From Moniliella sp. 'wahieum' (taxonomy: Eukaryota), in the NCBI GenBank assembly GCA_003971905.1, contig RSEE01000047.1, positions 124,001-188,000 on the forward strand: a DNA stretch of 64,000 bases, in the 5' to 3' direction. Of the stretch, positions 24,601-39,710 are shown piece after piece. Position 1 is the stretch's first letter. Every line of letters starts with the position of its first letter. The position numbers and the translations under genes are program-made. Below the pieces are notes generated by a model. That model had not been told where the DNA came from and searched no databases. It worked only from the letters and a program-made list of their open reading frames with translations.

Positions 24601-26336
24601 CTACTCGTCATCCTTGGCAGCAACCGCCGTCGCACGCTTGCTAGTACTGGTGCCCTTCTTAGCCTTGAGAGCAGACGTAGTAGCGGTGGAGGTAACCTCG
24701 GTCGACTTGCTGGGCGTCTTGCCCTTAATGGGGGCTGATTTCTTGGATGAGCCGCCCAGCAATGAGCCAACCAGAGCCAACATTGAAAGAAGGCCAAACA
24801 CGGTCGAAGCCAGAGTGGCAGCGACCATAGGCTCAGTCTTGATCGCATCTACAGGGCTGACCTTGGCAATTTCGACAAAGGCAAACAATTGCGAACGGAA
24901 AGTGTCCAGGAGCCCCTCGCCCTTTGTGGGCTCCACCTTGGTCTCCTTCTCCTCCACTTTGACCTCCAGTGGTGCCTTGATGTAGTAATTTGGTGGGCAA
25001 ACTCCTTGGCATCCTCCTCGAAGGTACCAATGTAAATGTTGTCGAACAGAATGTCCTCGTCCATGGTCCACAGCTCAAAGCCAATCCCACCAATCGAGCT
25101 TAGCTTGGAAGGCTCCTTGTCTTCAAAGAAGGCCGGGTTGGCAATCTTACGCGGGGCCCAGACACCCTTGTAAGCAGGGTTGTCGATGTAAGGTGCGGTC
25201 CACTTGCCCTTGTATGCTGGGTTGGCAACCAGAGGTGGCACCCATTCACCGCAGCCGTCGGCCTCCTCACACTTGGGGTTGGGTACCGTGGGTGCTGTCC
25301 ACTCACCATCCTCCTCCTCGTCCCATTCCTCGGGCTTCTCCGCTTCAGGGTCAGGAATGAGCAAGGGCTCGTCCACAAGCCATCCCTCGGGCATGGTCGC
25401 CTCTGGGTCTTGGATCTCCTGAGGAGCGTCCTCATCCCAGTCATCAGGCTTCGAGGCCTTAGGATCAGGGATGCGCGCTTCGTCAACCCAGTCGGCAGGC
25501 TTCTTGTCCTCAGGATCTTCAATCTCCGCAGGAGGGTTGACAGGTGGGTCAAAGTCCTCAAGCAACGAGCCAGAGCGCTTGCTCTCGCCGTTGATTTGGA
25601 GATCAAACGTATTGTCCGGTCGGATGATTAGTGTGTAGAGAGCCGTCGTCTTGCCCAGTTTCGGAGGAGGCGTGTCAGTTAGGTGCTTCTCCTCAATCTC
25701 GCCCGTGACGGGGTTCTTGTGGCGGAAGATGAAATGAACTTTGCTGTTGCTACCGCATTTGTCGGGACCGAACATGATCGTGTACGGTGTCTTGTCGCTA
25801 AACTCTTTGTGTTTAATCCCCTCGGGCCCATCAGTGAGCAGTTTGACGTACGCACCACCACATGTCAAGCCATTCTGCAGCTTCACCTCGTACTGCACCA
25901 CCAGCGGCTTACCGTCCTCCATGATCTTGGACACGTTTAGAGGTTCATCAAATGGGCTGAGATGGCGTGCTGAGCGGCCTTAGACTTGGCCACCAAACCT
26001 TCGTCGCCAGGAATGCCAGGGAACACCGTGGGCTCTTCGACCTGCCACTTGCCAATATAAGCAAACGTCTCTCCGTCCGCTTGCTCCTTAGTGGCAGCCG
26101 AGGGGGCCCAGCGAGTGGACCAGCCCTCGGTGAACTGTTCGACGAACGCGCCCTGGATTTCGGAGGGCTAGATGAGAGCGAGGGGGCAGTGGTCAGTATT
26201 CAGTTGCCCTGTTCTCTCCCGCACAGAGTACAAACCCGGGAGCACATACCTTGAACTCAGGCACAGCATCTGCCGCAGCACCCGCGATGGACGCAGCCAC
26301 GGCAGAGGCGAGCGCAACCTTGGACACGGTCTTCAT
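24601..26336 (-). CDS. CNE1: Calnexin
   Basis: Signal peptide [69 protein letters not shown] repeats, GFELWTM, TM helix and basic tail. Confidence 0.95.
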
Positions 26337-26961
26337 GATGGTGGGGTGAGAGGTGAGACGGGGATGGGGCAGTAGTACACGGCAGGGGCGAGGCAGGATG
26401 CTTTAAAAAGGCGGGCCCTGGGATGGGCGACCCCCTGCCCCCCGTCGGAAAGTGCTAGAACCAAATATAGCCCAGCACGGCGCCACTGTGGTTCCCCATG
26501 CCCCGATGCAGATCCTGTTCCACGTCAGCGCTCTAGTCGGCATGGGAGCAGTGCCACGTGGTCCGCCCTGTCACAAGGTAACCCCGGAAATCCAACGCCC
26601 TCCGTGTTGCCCGAATGGATCAGCATCAGGTACTACTGGCTACCCCAGGTACCCCTAGTTTGCATGGTATCCCCGGAGATCCAGCGCACATATTATAGCC
26701 GCGTTGAATTGACGTCCTGGGCGCCCTCTGCTCTGTTGCTTACAGAGATTGCAGACCACACCCCAGTACAACACCCTCACCACTTCCACCCTCGCTATTC
26801 CGTCGGTAGCTAAAGAGAAGGCCTCCGCGCTCCCTTCGTCCATTCCGCCAGGTCTCCTTCTGGGCATGGCAGTGGCATGGCTCTGCCGCTCCTCTGCTGC
26901 AGGTATTGGACGGGATATCGTGACAGGAAGCGTGGGGTAACGACTGTGTTCTTCTGGCTTT

Positions 26962-27300
26962 TTAGGCCTTAGGGTTAGGTGAAGCTTGAAGCTTGAAGCT
27001 GAACAGACCAGCGGTTGAACATTCCAAGTTCCTGGAGGCAGCTGGAGGCACTCCCTCCTGTGACAGTCACACACGTGACAGTCCACATCATGCAACTAAC
27101 CCTGAGGGCCTGAGCCTGACTATGACTCCCACGGTCGAAGCGTCCAATGGAGATCAACCCTACCGATGAGTCGCTGACGCCATCCACGTGAACGCGGCTG
27201 TAAGCTGTAAGAAGCTCTAGTGACTCCGATCAAGTCGATTAAGCTAGCTGATCAAGTGACTGCCTTGAAGCATGACGCGTGATGCGTGATCCATGATGAT
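26962..27300. repeat. Intergenic heptamer/palindrome array
   Basis: (AAGCTTG)n from 26982, plus ACACGTG, ACGCGTG and AGCTAGCT. Confidence 0.65.
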
Positions 27301-27538
27301 TTCTTTTTTTCAATTACCAACCCAAACATGTGTCGTGCAGCAGCCGAGACCTGAGGCCGGAGGTCTGATAACAGGTTGCATCGAGAACATGTTACACGGG
27401 TAACAGCCGTGGGCTGGACTCGACGCAAGCCGCAGGCTTTCGACGCGCCAACCACCTCCATCCTCTCCAGCTGGTCCGACTTCGCCTCGGATCCCGCAGC
27501 CTCCCCACCTCTCCACAGTATCCCTCTGCGTCCCCACC

Positions 27539-28570
27539 ATGCCGATTCCCACCATTACGTTCAAGTCCAACCCGGACCGACCTGCCCCCGTCCTCGCGTT
27601 TGGCACTGGGAGTGTGCACAAGGCGACCGACTCGGTGGCCTCGACGCTCGAGGCGCTCAAGCATTTTAACTTTCTTGATACGGCCCAAGTGTACCAGACT
27701 GAAATCCATACGGGCAAGGCCATCAAGCAGAGTGGCATCCCTCGTGAGAAACTTTGGATTCTGAGCAAGAGCTTTGAGATCAAAAAGGGGGAGACGTATC
27801 CGGCGGTACAGACCACGTTGGATGAACTTGGGATCGATTTCCTGGATGCCTTTTTGATTCATGTCCCGCCCCGCGGGCTGAACGGAGGGCTCACCAACAT
27901 GGAGGCATGGAAATTGATGGAGGCCGTCCGTAATAACGGCCATGCTCGGTACGTTTGAGTCTCCTGCACCACAAAGAAACCCCATCACGACGCCAAAAAC
28001 TAATTTTGTCTCTCAGCGTCTTGGGTGTGAGCAACTTTTTGGCACAGGACTTGCTTGACATCCTGGATGATCCCACCCAGGAACATCCCATCGAAATCAA
28101 TCAGATCGAATATGTGAGTGTCCCCTCCTGAACCCTGTTCTCTTTGTTGTTGGGAGTCCTGACAAGAGCTCCCGACGGTAGCATCCGCTCATTTGGAACG
28201 ATCCCAAGATGGTCGAGTCGCTCAAGGTGATGAAGCAGCATGGAATCACAGCGCTGGTGTATGTGCGCTGTCTCCTTTGGTATATAAGGATCAGATCAAG
28301 GAAGACCATCTCTCCCCAGTGGTTGAGGCAGTGGCCAAAGCTCATGGCTGGACCGAGGCCGAGACACTGATCCTCTGGGCCCGACAAAAGACCCAAGGCA
28401 TCGTCATCACCACCTCGACGTTTTCCACTCCGGCCCACACGGATCGGATGAACCGGATTGTGGAACTATTCAGCTCGGGTGCATCCTTGTCAGAGCAAGA
28501 GCTTGCTCAGATTGATGAGGCGGGGGCAAAATCGGGTCCGTTGAAGACTCGTTGCCTCAAATGGTGGTAG
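27539..28570 (+). CDS. Aldo-keto reductase; two introns
   Basis: LAFGTGS, LDTAQVYQTE, SGIPREKLWI.SK, LDAFLIH.P, LGVSNF, NQIEY. Confidence 0.85.
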
Positions 28571-28622
28571 ATGGCACTGGGGCGGAAGCTTATGTATCTA
28601 ATTCCTGGGCATTGTTGGCTCA

Positions 28623-30287
<1,665 letters not shown>

Positions 30288-30289
30288 TC

Positions 30290-30510
30290 AATACTCAAGC
30301 TTCAAGCTTCAAGCTTCAAGTGTACCCAACGTTCAACTTGAACTAGCAGCCCGTTTGTACCGCACCACTGCCACTAGGGTTGGCTTGCCTGGCGCGCCCG
30401 ATCATCGATGCTGCATTATGTCGATCACGCATCATGCATCGACCAGCCATCCAGCGATCGATCAAGGATGCCTTGGGACGTACTAACTAAAAACACAGCT
30501 TTCAGCTTCA
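30290..30510. repeat. Intergenic heptamer/palindrome array
   Basis: (AAGCTTC)3 at 30297-30317, plus AACGTTC, ATCGATG and ATCGATC. Confidence 0.65.
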
Positions 30511-31027
30511 ACGCCGCGGGCTCCCCAACTCCATCACAATAACGCATCTCGGGAATTGTGGCCAACGATCCCCCGCTCCATGCGACGGACCGAGGCAACT
30601 TGGTCCACATAACTATGGCACCGCTGCTATGCCTGCCTGCATTTGGGAGATGAATGGAATCCGAATCCAGCGGGAGTCCATTGTTTTGTCCGCCAGTGGC
30701 TTGGTCCAGGTCTTTGAAGTCTGCTGAAGATAGGGCCAAGAAGCGCCACGATGAGCGGGTTCCTTGCGGGAGACGAAGAAGGGGGCGTGGGAATGATCGC
30801 ATTCTATCGTACATCAAGACGGAACCAATTTATTACTCGATCCGCTTGATGGGGTGCAGGAACATGGGCGTCCGGCACACCTCTGCAGCTCCAACGCGGG
30901 CTGAATTGCGCCACCCCATGTAAATCTCACGAGAGTGGGCGCCATCGTAACTGGGCAAGAGAAAGGGAGGGGAGAGGGTCAGTTTGGGGGGTTGAACAAA
31001 GGGGCAATGAAAAGGATCAAGAACGCA

Positions 31028-32965
31028 CTAGTGGCTCGTGTCGCGCAACAATCGTTCCTCGGCCTTGTTATAGATGGTCTTCCTGTTGATCTTGGAGGCC
31101 AGAACGTGTGGTTCCCAAAAGTGCCGGAAAAAGATAGGCACAGGCGCAAACACGCCCTTGAAAGGGATGGGCAAGTTGTACGTGTACCCCGAGTTGGGGC
31201 CAAAGCTGTGCGTGTCGCTGATGGGCAGTTGCGAGTGCAGCGTGAGAGTGGTGGGCCATGCCTCACAGTGGGCACTCTTCTTGGCCTCGGCATTGACCAC
31301 GTTCATGGCTTCCATCAGCGCGCGCGACATGCGCATATTGGTCCCGATCGAAGCGCGCCGAGGCGTCGCTTCGCCATTGGGGTAATTTTGAATGTCATAC
31401 TCCCAGAACCAGCCCGAGCCAATTGGGTCAAAAATGGGGGCTAGCGTCAAGAGATCCGCCTCTTCGCCACGACCTTCTTGCAGCGATGGGTCGTCCGCCC
31501 AATTTTCTTCGCTCTCCGTCACGTTGCGCACGAACCAGGTCTTGTATTTCTCCATACCTTTGTGGAGCGGCTCGCGTCGGCCAAAGGCCTCGACACCCTC
31601 CATAAAGTCAAGGTAGTTACCAATGTAACGCACGTCCATTTCCCAGTTCCACACAAAGTCGTACTCTTGGTGGTCGAGCCACAATTTTTGCACGGCCATA
31701 AGACAAGACCTGTAGGATGCCTGGGCAATCATCCTGTTCTTGAACCGACCCGGTAGGCCAGGGTAAAGCGCGCACAACTCGGTCTCCGTCCATAGTTCAA
31801 CCAACCCCCAAAATTCACGCGGAACCGAGCTGCTCAAGACTTGATGGCGATCCCATTCGGACGTACGTAAAGGAGCCAAGTGCGGGCTTTTGACTTCAAC
31901 CAAAATGCGTACATCATAAGGAGTGTTGGGATTGTTGAGCCCTAGTTCCGTAATGATGGCACGCATGTTAAGAATGTCGTCTTCTCGCCAAACGTACCCT
32001 TCATAGGCACGAAGAACGATGACGGAGCGCTTGGTTTCCACGGTGGTGCGGTACTTGGATTTGAGGTCGTCATCGGCCATGCTGCCTGGGACGAAAGGGT
32101 CGGTCTCGCCCCCCCGCTCCTCTTGACGCCGAGCGTGGCACCCGTCCAGCAACGCACGCCAGTCCGGGAAGGAAGCGGGACCCAAAAGGTCAGCCGCCTG
32201 GTTGGCCTGCCACACATCGCTCCGCAGCTTGTTCTCCCATTCCCACTCGGGTATGCCTTTTGGCTTGGTGCGACCGAGCAGCGGATCAATGTAGTCCGGG
32301 TCCGACGAGTCCAGCTGAGGTGGCAGTTCCTCCTCGTCCTGCACCGCCGTCATGGCCGGACCAGCGTTGTCGTCCTTGGCGCCAAAGGCGGGCACACCTG
32401 TAGCGGTAGGAATCGGGACCGAGGTAGAGGAGGCACTCGCGCTGGCACGGGCTGCCTGCGCTTTGGCGCGGTCGCGCATGCGCTGCAGCTCGCCGTCGAT
32501 GATGGCACGGCGATACGTGATGCCAAGGGCATCGTCCGTGTACATGGCATAGCGAGCGCGGTAGGTAAGGCAGTGGGATGAGTCGATGCCAATGGCTTCA
32601 CCATCGCCAACGATGGCGATTGGGTGGGTATGGGGGTGACAGGAGAGAGAGAGGGGCAGTGGGATGTGGCGGCCATGGGGGGGGGCAGGTGGGCCCAGAC
32701 TTGGAGGGGGGCGGACGGGGGATGAGCCGGGGAGGCCATGGGGAGGCGAGGCGGCGTCGGAGTGTGTGTGCTGAGACGGTGCGGAAGGACGGGGAAGGGG
32801 TCGACGCGGTTAGTAGGCGATCTCGCGCCACTCGCTGTAGTGGGCGCCACGGAGAGCGATGGTGGTGATGGCGACGCAGAAGGTGACGAGGAGCACGGAG
32901 CGCCAGCGGCGCACAAAGAGGGTGGCCGCCCACTGGGCAAGCAGCTGAGCCGCTCCAAGCGCCAT
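31028..32965 (-). CDS. DUF3405-family protein (putative type II membrane glycosyltransferase-like)
   Basis: RSVIVLRAY, NMRAIITEL, VPREFWGLVELW, YDFVWNWEMDVRY.G, EADLLTLAPIFDP; N-terminal hydrophobic anchor SVLLVTFCVAITTIAL. Confidence 0.7.
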
Positions 32966-33302
32966 GTTGGGCGGATGGCGGCAGCAGGGGTGGGGGGGGG
33001 AGGTGTGGCGCTGCGGGTGGTTGCGGGTTGCGGGTTGCGCGTTGCGGCGCTGGGCGAAGGCTGTGTGGATTCGGATTGGCGGCCACGCAGGGCCACTGCG
33101 GTGCCACGCTGGACGCTCGCCTGCTCGCTCGCTCGCGCGGCCCAGCGCGGCTTATGTCAGCTGGCGCGGTGCCATTTTTCTGGGCGCCTGTCTCTGTCGC
33201 ATCCGCTCACGGGGCCCCTGGCTTGCACCGATCCGAGACTGGCCGCAGACACCAATAAGGCCCCCCCCCCTGGCCCCACCGCGTCCCTCCTCCACCACGC
33301 CC

Positions 33303-34421
33303 ATGCTCCCACCCGAGCTCGCCGACTGGGGCAGCATCCTCACTCTTGTGTTGGCGGGTGCATGTCCAATGCCGTCGCCCTCGAGCAGTGCACTGTGCTT
33401 CTGCCCCACGCCGGCTCGCTTCTCACCCTCAGTGCGTTTGTGGGCGTAACCATCTGCTTTCTGCCCTCTCAGCTGGTTGTAGGCAAGCATGGCGTGTGGC
33501 TCCGGCCACCGCAGGTTCCCCTCTCCCGCTGGGCCGTGCTGGTGGCCATGTTTTTTACCACCAACTGGATGAACAACCTCGCGTTTGCCTTTCGCGTACC
33601 CATGCCGATCCACATCATTTTTCGCTCGGGGGGCTTGGTGGTCAATATGCTCATCGGCTATACGATAGCCGGCAAAACGTACGCCCAGCAGCCTCTTTAC
33701 CGGACTGATGATACTAACCGATCGTTCTGGTTGGCAGGTACAATATCGCGCAAGTCCTGTCTGTCCTTCTCGTATCGGGCGGCATCACCATCTCCACCCT
33801 CTCGGCCGGGCACAAGAGCCAAGGCGGCCCCGTTTCTCCCGAGGCAACCACCAAGTATTTGGTAGGCATTGGATTGTTGGCCCTGAGTTTACTGCTGAGT
33901 GGGTTTATGGGTCTGTGGCAGGAGCGCACCTTCCTCACTTATGGGCGTGGAAGATGGAAGGAATCGCTCTTCTATACTCACTTTCTCGCACTGCCCTCTT
34001 TTTTCTCCTCGCTCCCTCGCTGCAGAACGAGGTGCGCTCGGCGTGGGCTGCCCAGGGTTTTTCTTCCCCTTTTTGCCAGTGCGGTAACCCAAATCGTCTG
34101 TATCGGGGTGTCAATCGCCTGACGACCAAGGTCAGTTCCGTCAGCGTGGTCATGATTCTTGCCGTCCGCAAAGCAGCTTCACTCGTTTTGTCGGTTGCCT
34201 GGGCTTATGCTCGGGGAGCAGCCGTGCCTGATCCTTTACGACTCTGGCTGGGTACAGCAATGGTTCTTGTTGGTACCGTTACCTATGCTCGGGCCAGCTC
34301 GCCCGCTCGCCCTCACAAGCAGATCAAAGCCGAGCGTCAAATCGAGCAGCCCGACAACGCCGGTGAGGCTGTGAGCAGTGGGGTAGCACCGTTGCTCCAG
34401 CATGCTTCCCCAAAGGGGTGA
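33303..34421 (+). CDS. YEA4: UAA-family nucleotide-sugar transporter (Yea4/SLC35B4-like); intron ~33679-33738
   Basis: SNAVALE, GSLLTL..FV, NNLAFAFRVPMPIHIIFRSGGL, GLWQE, WKESLFYTHFL, GVNRL, RKAASL.LS. Confidence 0.85.
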
Positions 34422-34654
34422 GAAGCAGCACATCATATCAAAACACGGATACCCAGTCGATTGCATGTATATGTATTTGAAGAACACGAGTAGAGCAGGA
34501 TGAAGTGCACCTCCCAAGGCATGGACGTATATTGATCCGTGGAAAGATTGGGGCAGAGTCAGATATAGACTAAATAATTGGGAAAAGTCACCACCTTAAA
34601 CAGTTTATGCGCGGTGCTTAACCACATTGGTTGTGTTTGATGTCTCCATCTCCT

Positions 34655-35125
34655 TTCTCATGCACCACCTTCCGGTACGCAAGCCTGAACTCCTTTATAT
34701 CGGAGCCCCTCAGGGTGAGGTCCACACCTCAGCCATTCTTGATCCTCCAAACGCTCCTGTAGTCCCATCATTCGGTATTGTCGTACATCCAGGGGTCTTC
34801 CTTCACGACTGTGGTTCATTGAGAACTGATATGAGGGCCTCAGATGGAATGCACAAAGCTTGTGGATCGGCCTCCACAGGGCTCGTGCAACGCCCCAAAT
34901 TTGGATGCTGTGCGAATGCAGGAGGCCAAGACGGGCGCCAGACACCAGTCCACACTTGCACTGGCTGCGAGAGAAAAATGGCATGACGGGGGACCGGGCG
35001 CTGGAAACCAATCTGGACCTGCTTCGATTGCGGTGAGCTCAAGACATCTGACAGCAGGCACAGAGGAGATACGCGTGCACTTGAAGGCGCAGCTGTGCTC
35101 AATCACATTGCACCCAGCGGCCCTG
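34655..35125 (-). mobile_element. Degenerate 3' fragment of CRE-like non-LTR retrotransposon (copy 2)
   Basis: Collinear similarity to 50860-51300, e.g. CTCGTGCAACGCCCCAAATTTGGA vs CTCGTGCAATGCACCGAACTTGGA; both encode SKFGALHE. Confidence 0.7.
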
Positions 35126-35198
35126 TTTTTGCATAGAGCCGAGATGAACGTTTTTCGTTAGCACGCATTTCCACCCTGGGCAAAAAGAAATAGATGGT

Positions 35199-35270
35199 TG
35201 GACGAACAGGGAATTGAACCCCGGACCTCATGCATGCTAAGCAAGCGCTCTACCCCTGAGCTATCCGCCC
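35199..35270 (-). tRNA. tRNA-Ala(AGC)
   Basis: GGGCGGATAGCTCAGGGGTAGAGCGCTTGCTTAGCATGCATGAGGTCCGGGGTTCAATTCCCTGTTCGTCCA; G3:U70 pair; T-run terminator downstream. Confidence 0.95.
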
Positions 35271-36223
35271 GTATGGAAGCCAACGGGCATGTCGTGGGAG
35301 GGGGCATGCCTGGATTTGATGCGGAGCATACGGCGTACGGCAGACGGGTGACAGCGGTGACGCTGTTGAAAGGACGGGATGGCTTGTCGAGTCATACTCG
35401 GTCATGGTGCGCAACGCAGGGGGGCAGCGTTGCGGAGGCAGAAGGCGGGGGAGGCGAGGCGGGAGGCGGGAGGACGCCGGCGGGCTGCGGCGGTGTTAGG
35501 GAGAATCGCCGTGAGATGCGGGGATGTCGGAGCAACCAAAGGAGCCGCCAGGGTCTGCCAGATACCAGCGGACTACGCGCTGGTGCGCCCAGATCTCAGA
35601 TCTCATACCAGCCCGCCCATTCCACTCCGCGATGGAGGCGTGTCGGGATAGGTGGGTGGGTGGAAATGCGCCATGCTTACCTCCGAGTCGCCTCGGACCG
35701 CAGCCGAACGAAGAAAGCCGGACAATGCGGCCGTGCGTCTTCGGCACCCATGTCCGCATCAACCGCCTGCGCCCCAGTGCTGTTGTGCCGTGCCTCTCAT
35801 TATGGCTGGCAGCACACAGAGACGCGTAGTCTAGCGCTGCTAAACGACATCCGTTTGCTGAGGCCCAAGGCCTGGCGCGGTGGAATGGGAGTGGACCGGC
35901 GCCGTAAGCGGGCATAGCCAAACCCTAGCGCGGCCAGGGCGGAGGGAAGGAGGGGAGCAGGGGCGGAAGGACGTACCTAGGTACCACTACGTATATAGGA
36001 TCCTCACGCTAAAGTACTAGGCCCAAGTGCCAACAGTCCAAGTCCCAAATCCTGCTTTCGTGGAGTCACAGATACTCGCACCCAAGACAGTCCGTTCCAC
36101 TTTCCACGTATCTCCATTTCCATCTCCATTTCCATTCCATCCCATCCCCATCTTCCTTCATCACACAACCACCACCGCCATTATCTCCATCGCCATCGCC
36201 ATTTCCATCTTCTTTCCTCTGCC

Positions 36224-39148
36224 ATGCCCCCGCCCCCTCCCACATCCCGACGTCCTGGGAAGCGGAGCAGGCGCCAGCTCAGCTGTGACGCATGCCGGGC
36301 AAGCAAGCTCAAGTGCGTTGCAACATCCTGCAGTGTCTCCCACCTTTCTGTAGCTTTCGATCCGTCGCTGACGCTGCTTTCTGCTGCCAACAGATGCGAC
36401 CGGGCCACCCCCATCTGCTCCACCTGTCAAGCACATGGCCGCAGCCCAAACCAGTGCATGCGCAATGGCGTCCCAGTTGCCTATGCCCCCCAAGTCCCCC
36501 TCCAGCGCTCGGCCACCCTGGCTGGCAGCACCACCGCTTCCAGCCAATCCCCGCCTGCCCGCCTCGCCCACTGTACACCAAGTCCAAACACACCCCTAGA
36601 TCCACCCCTTCCCCAGGCTTCATTGCATTCGTCCTCGTATATGTCCCCCGGCACTGGTTTCCCCAGCACCGATCACCACCCTTCCATGGCCGCTCCCTCC
36701 TCATCCTACGACGATCTTGCTTCTGCATCCGGCGCATTGAACTCACCCAATCCGCTCGAACCTGTGCTCGAGAGTAAGGCGTCATCTTCCATCTCGGAAG
36801 ATAAGGGCACCTTGGCCCAGCCCACCCTGGAGCTCGCCGCCCTAGCACGAAGTGCCCTCCCAGCCCGCTTGGTACAAACGGAGGCTATGCTTGATCTGTA
36901 TTGGACCAAAATTGCGGTGTTTCGCCCTCGTATGATCCAGGCTTGATGCTTCAACGGACCCGAGAGATTTACTCGCTTCCTTGGGCGGGCAGGTCGATTC
37001 CAATCAGCAGCTTTACCGGCTTGACACTTCCGCTGCTTGCCTGGCTCTGTGCCATCTGTTCGGCTGTCCTGCGCTTGGCCCAGCCCACACGTCTCCTCAT
37101 ATGGGGCATTGTGGATGATGCCGCCGCGGTGGCATGCAAGGCCGGTGCACTAAACAAGATAGCCCGGGAGTGCCTGCACTTGGCTTATGCCCAGGGGGAG
37201 AAGGCATTGTGCCCCATGCGTGGCTGCCCCGCCGCACTGTTGCGCATCCAAGCAGCAATAGCAATCGCCTCCTCCGCTTCGTGCGGCGCTCCCCACCTGG
37301 CTGCAGCGAGGTATTGGACATGGCGATTCGGTGTGCGCGTCAGGCGGGTCTGGACCGGATGGGAAAAGTGAGCCAGCTGCCTCGCAATTTGCACGAGTAC
37401 GAACGAGCGGCCTGTTGGCTTTCCCTTGTGGTGCCGACTGGCGTGGCGCCCCCTATCTTGGGTGTTACACTGTCTACCCTGGCACCTTCTCCACCGAATG
37501 GGACTTGTCGATGGAAGCGCTCATCGACATACATACCCAACTCGTGTCCCTCCCGGATGGACAAAGCGCGGATGAGTGGCCTGAGCAGCAACAAGAAGGG
37601 CACGCGCCACGACAAGCCAGGTCGGAACCAAGTGATGCACCAGGTGGGTCGGATATGGACGAGGAAGAGCATGGCGAGGCACCCCCTGAAAGGACGCCCC
37701 CTGTGGGCTGCGTTGATCATTATGCCGCAATGTGGGTGTGGGTATGGCAAATCCGGATCGCGGATGAGGCGCGTAACTCTGCGATTTGGGGGTTCATGAT
37801 GCTGCGCAACGTGTGAATGTGGGATACGACAAGGTGGAAGCGCGGGATCGCTCGCTGCAAGAACTCTTGCGCCTTCGCCCCCCCGAACTCAGAGTCGATT
37901 GCAACAAGGAAACTGTCGACCCGAGATTCAAGCCAAAATCAAGCGGTTCCCGTGGCTGTTGATGCAAGCCGTGGCGGTTTCGACCCCACTACGCACGATC
38001 CTCTTGTCACTACACATGCCTTATGTACTGAATGGGTACCAAGACGCCCTGTCAGAACCTGGTTTGGGTCATGCTTTGTCCATTCAATCGGCATTGGAGC
38101 AGAGCGTGTGGATTGTGCGAGCGGCACAACGCGCTTCCATGAAGGGCATCATTCTTCATCGTCAGTGGCCGTTACGACATGGTCTTTTTAACGCGGGTCT
38201 TGTTCTCATCTTCGACCTTCTGTTGCGTAACTCGTCGCTCTTACCTCCCGTCTACCCTGGGGGTGCGTTCGGACAACATTCTCTTGATGAAGAGGTTGCT
38301 TTGGCGATCGAGTGTCTAGATGACTCTCGTGGCGCCGGGGACGGGGCGACGTGACGGATGTGCCATGGGTTAATAATTCGGATTTTCCCTCTCAATGTTG
38401 GCTGCCTCCGAATCCGATCGGACCCAATGGGGCAGTGTCCCACCAATCCAGTATTGGAGTTCAACACTTTACGGGGGAGAGGCTTGAGAGGCTTCTAGTT
38501 CTGGCTCTACAGCGCAACGGACAACAGGGCGATGGCGCCATGGCCGTCGACTCGTACATGCAAGCGTATGCGACCGACATGATCGGGCATCGCCGTTCTT
38601 TGGGCCGTGCAGCAAGCCAGAAAATAATGGGCAATGACCTCCTTCCGTCCTCGCTTGGATCGCAAGGGGTTGAACACGTGGAACCCTCGTTACCGCCCCA
38701 TTCGGTACCCACTTCTTTGACCCTATCCGAGCTTTTCACCCCACCGGCTGTGCCCCTCGACGTCGACATGCCTACCGAGCCCTCTGTGACGACCCCGTTG
38801 CCTCTTGTCCCGCCTACTGCTCAACCCGCATCGGGATCTGAGCTCATGGCCGGCCTCCCTGGCAACGCGGATATCCCAAACACATTTCTGGGCATCGATG
38901 GGCTCCCCTCCCACCTAGGACAGGCCGCCTACATGCCATTCACCCCTTCGGCTCCCTCGCTAGGATCGTTGCCCTTGTTTGATGCTCATCTTGAGGGCCT
39001 CCTGCAACTGGCCGACTCGTCCACCGGACTGCCTGTCGACGCTATCTTGGCGGACCCCTTCTGCTCAACACAACCACTGCCCCGTTCCCACATCCTTGAT
39101 GGTCTGGGTACCCTCTCCCCCTTATTTTTTCTTTCTGTTAAAGTATGA
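36224..39148 (+). CDS. Zn(II)2Cys6 fungal transcription factor; intron 36313-36393; frameshifted
   Basis: The spliced sequence reads SCDACRASKLKCDRATPICSTC......QC. Confidence 0.8.
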
Positions 39149-39710
39149 TCCGTAACCCCCTCTGGGTATTGCAGCACACACGTTCCCACGCCTTCATATA
39201 GTCCCCCTGGACTCTCTCCGACGACACCAACAACGAAGAGAGGAGAAATCATTTTACACAGAAATTAAGGGGGCACTGCACCCTTGAGCGGGGATAGTGG
39301 CTAGCAAGGAAAGGTGGAGAGCTGCACACCCGCCCTCCCAGTTATATTCATCGCCTCCACGCGTGCGCCTCTTCGGACGACTTAAGTGCCGGCCCAGGTT
39401 GTGACGGCCTAAAGTATAGTGCACGTCGCGCACACGTACGACGCGAGCGGGCTTTGAATTTCCAAGGTTACAGTCGGTCACCAGGTCACCGGTGATGGTC
39501 ATCGGTCAGGCCCTCAATTTCGAATGTTCAGCCGCCCCGGGCACGTGACGTCGCGGCCCGTGTTGCGCCTGGGCGGCCGCGGGCGGGCACGGGGGCAGCG
39601 TGGGGAGGGTAGAAGTTGAATGTGGGCGATCGCGGCTGCCAGCACCGCCCGCAGGCGGCGGGCGCAGGGCTCATCGCCTGGCAAGCTCGACGATCCCAAC
39701 GACCATCCCC

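Noticed and set aside
34655..35270. tRNA-headed SINE with a LINE-derived tail
   Set aside because: The tRNA-Ala looks intact and has its own T-run terminator before the relic starts; no second such composite is seen.
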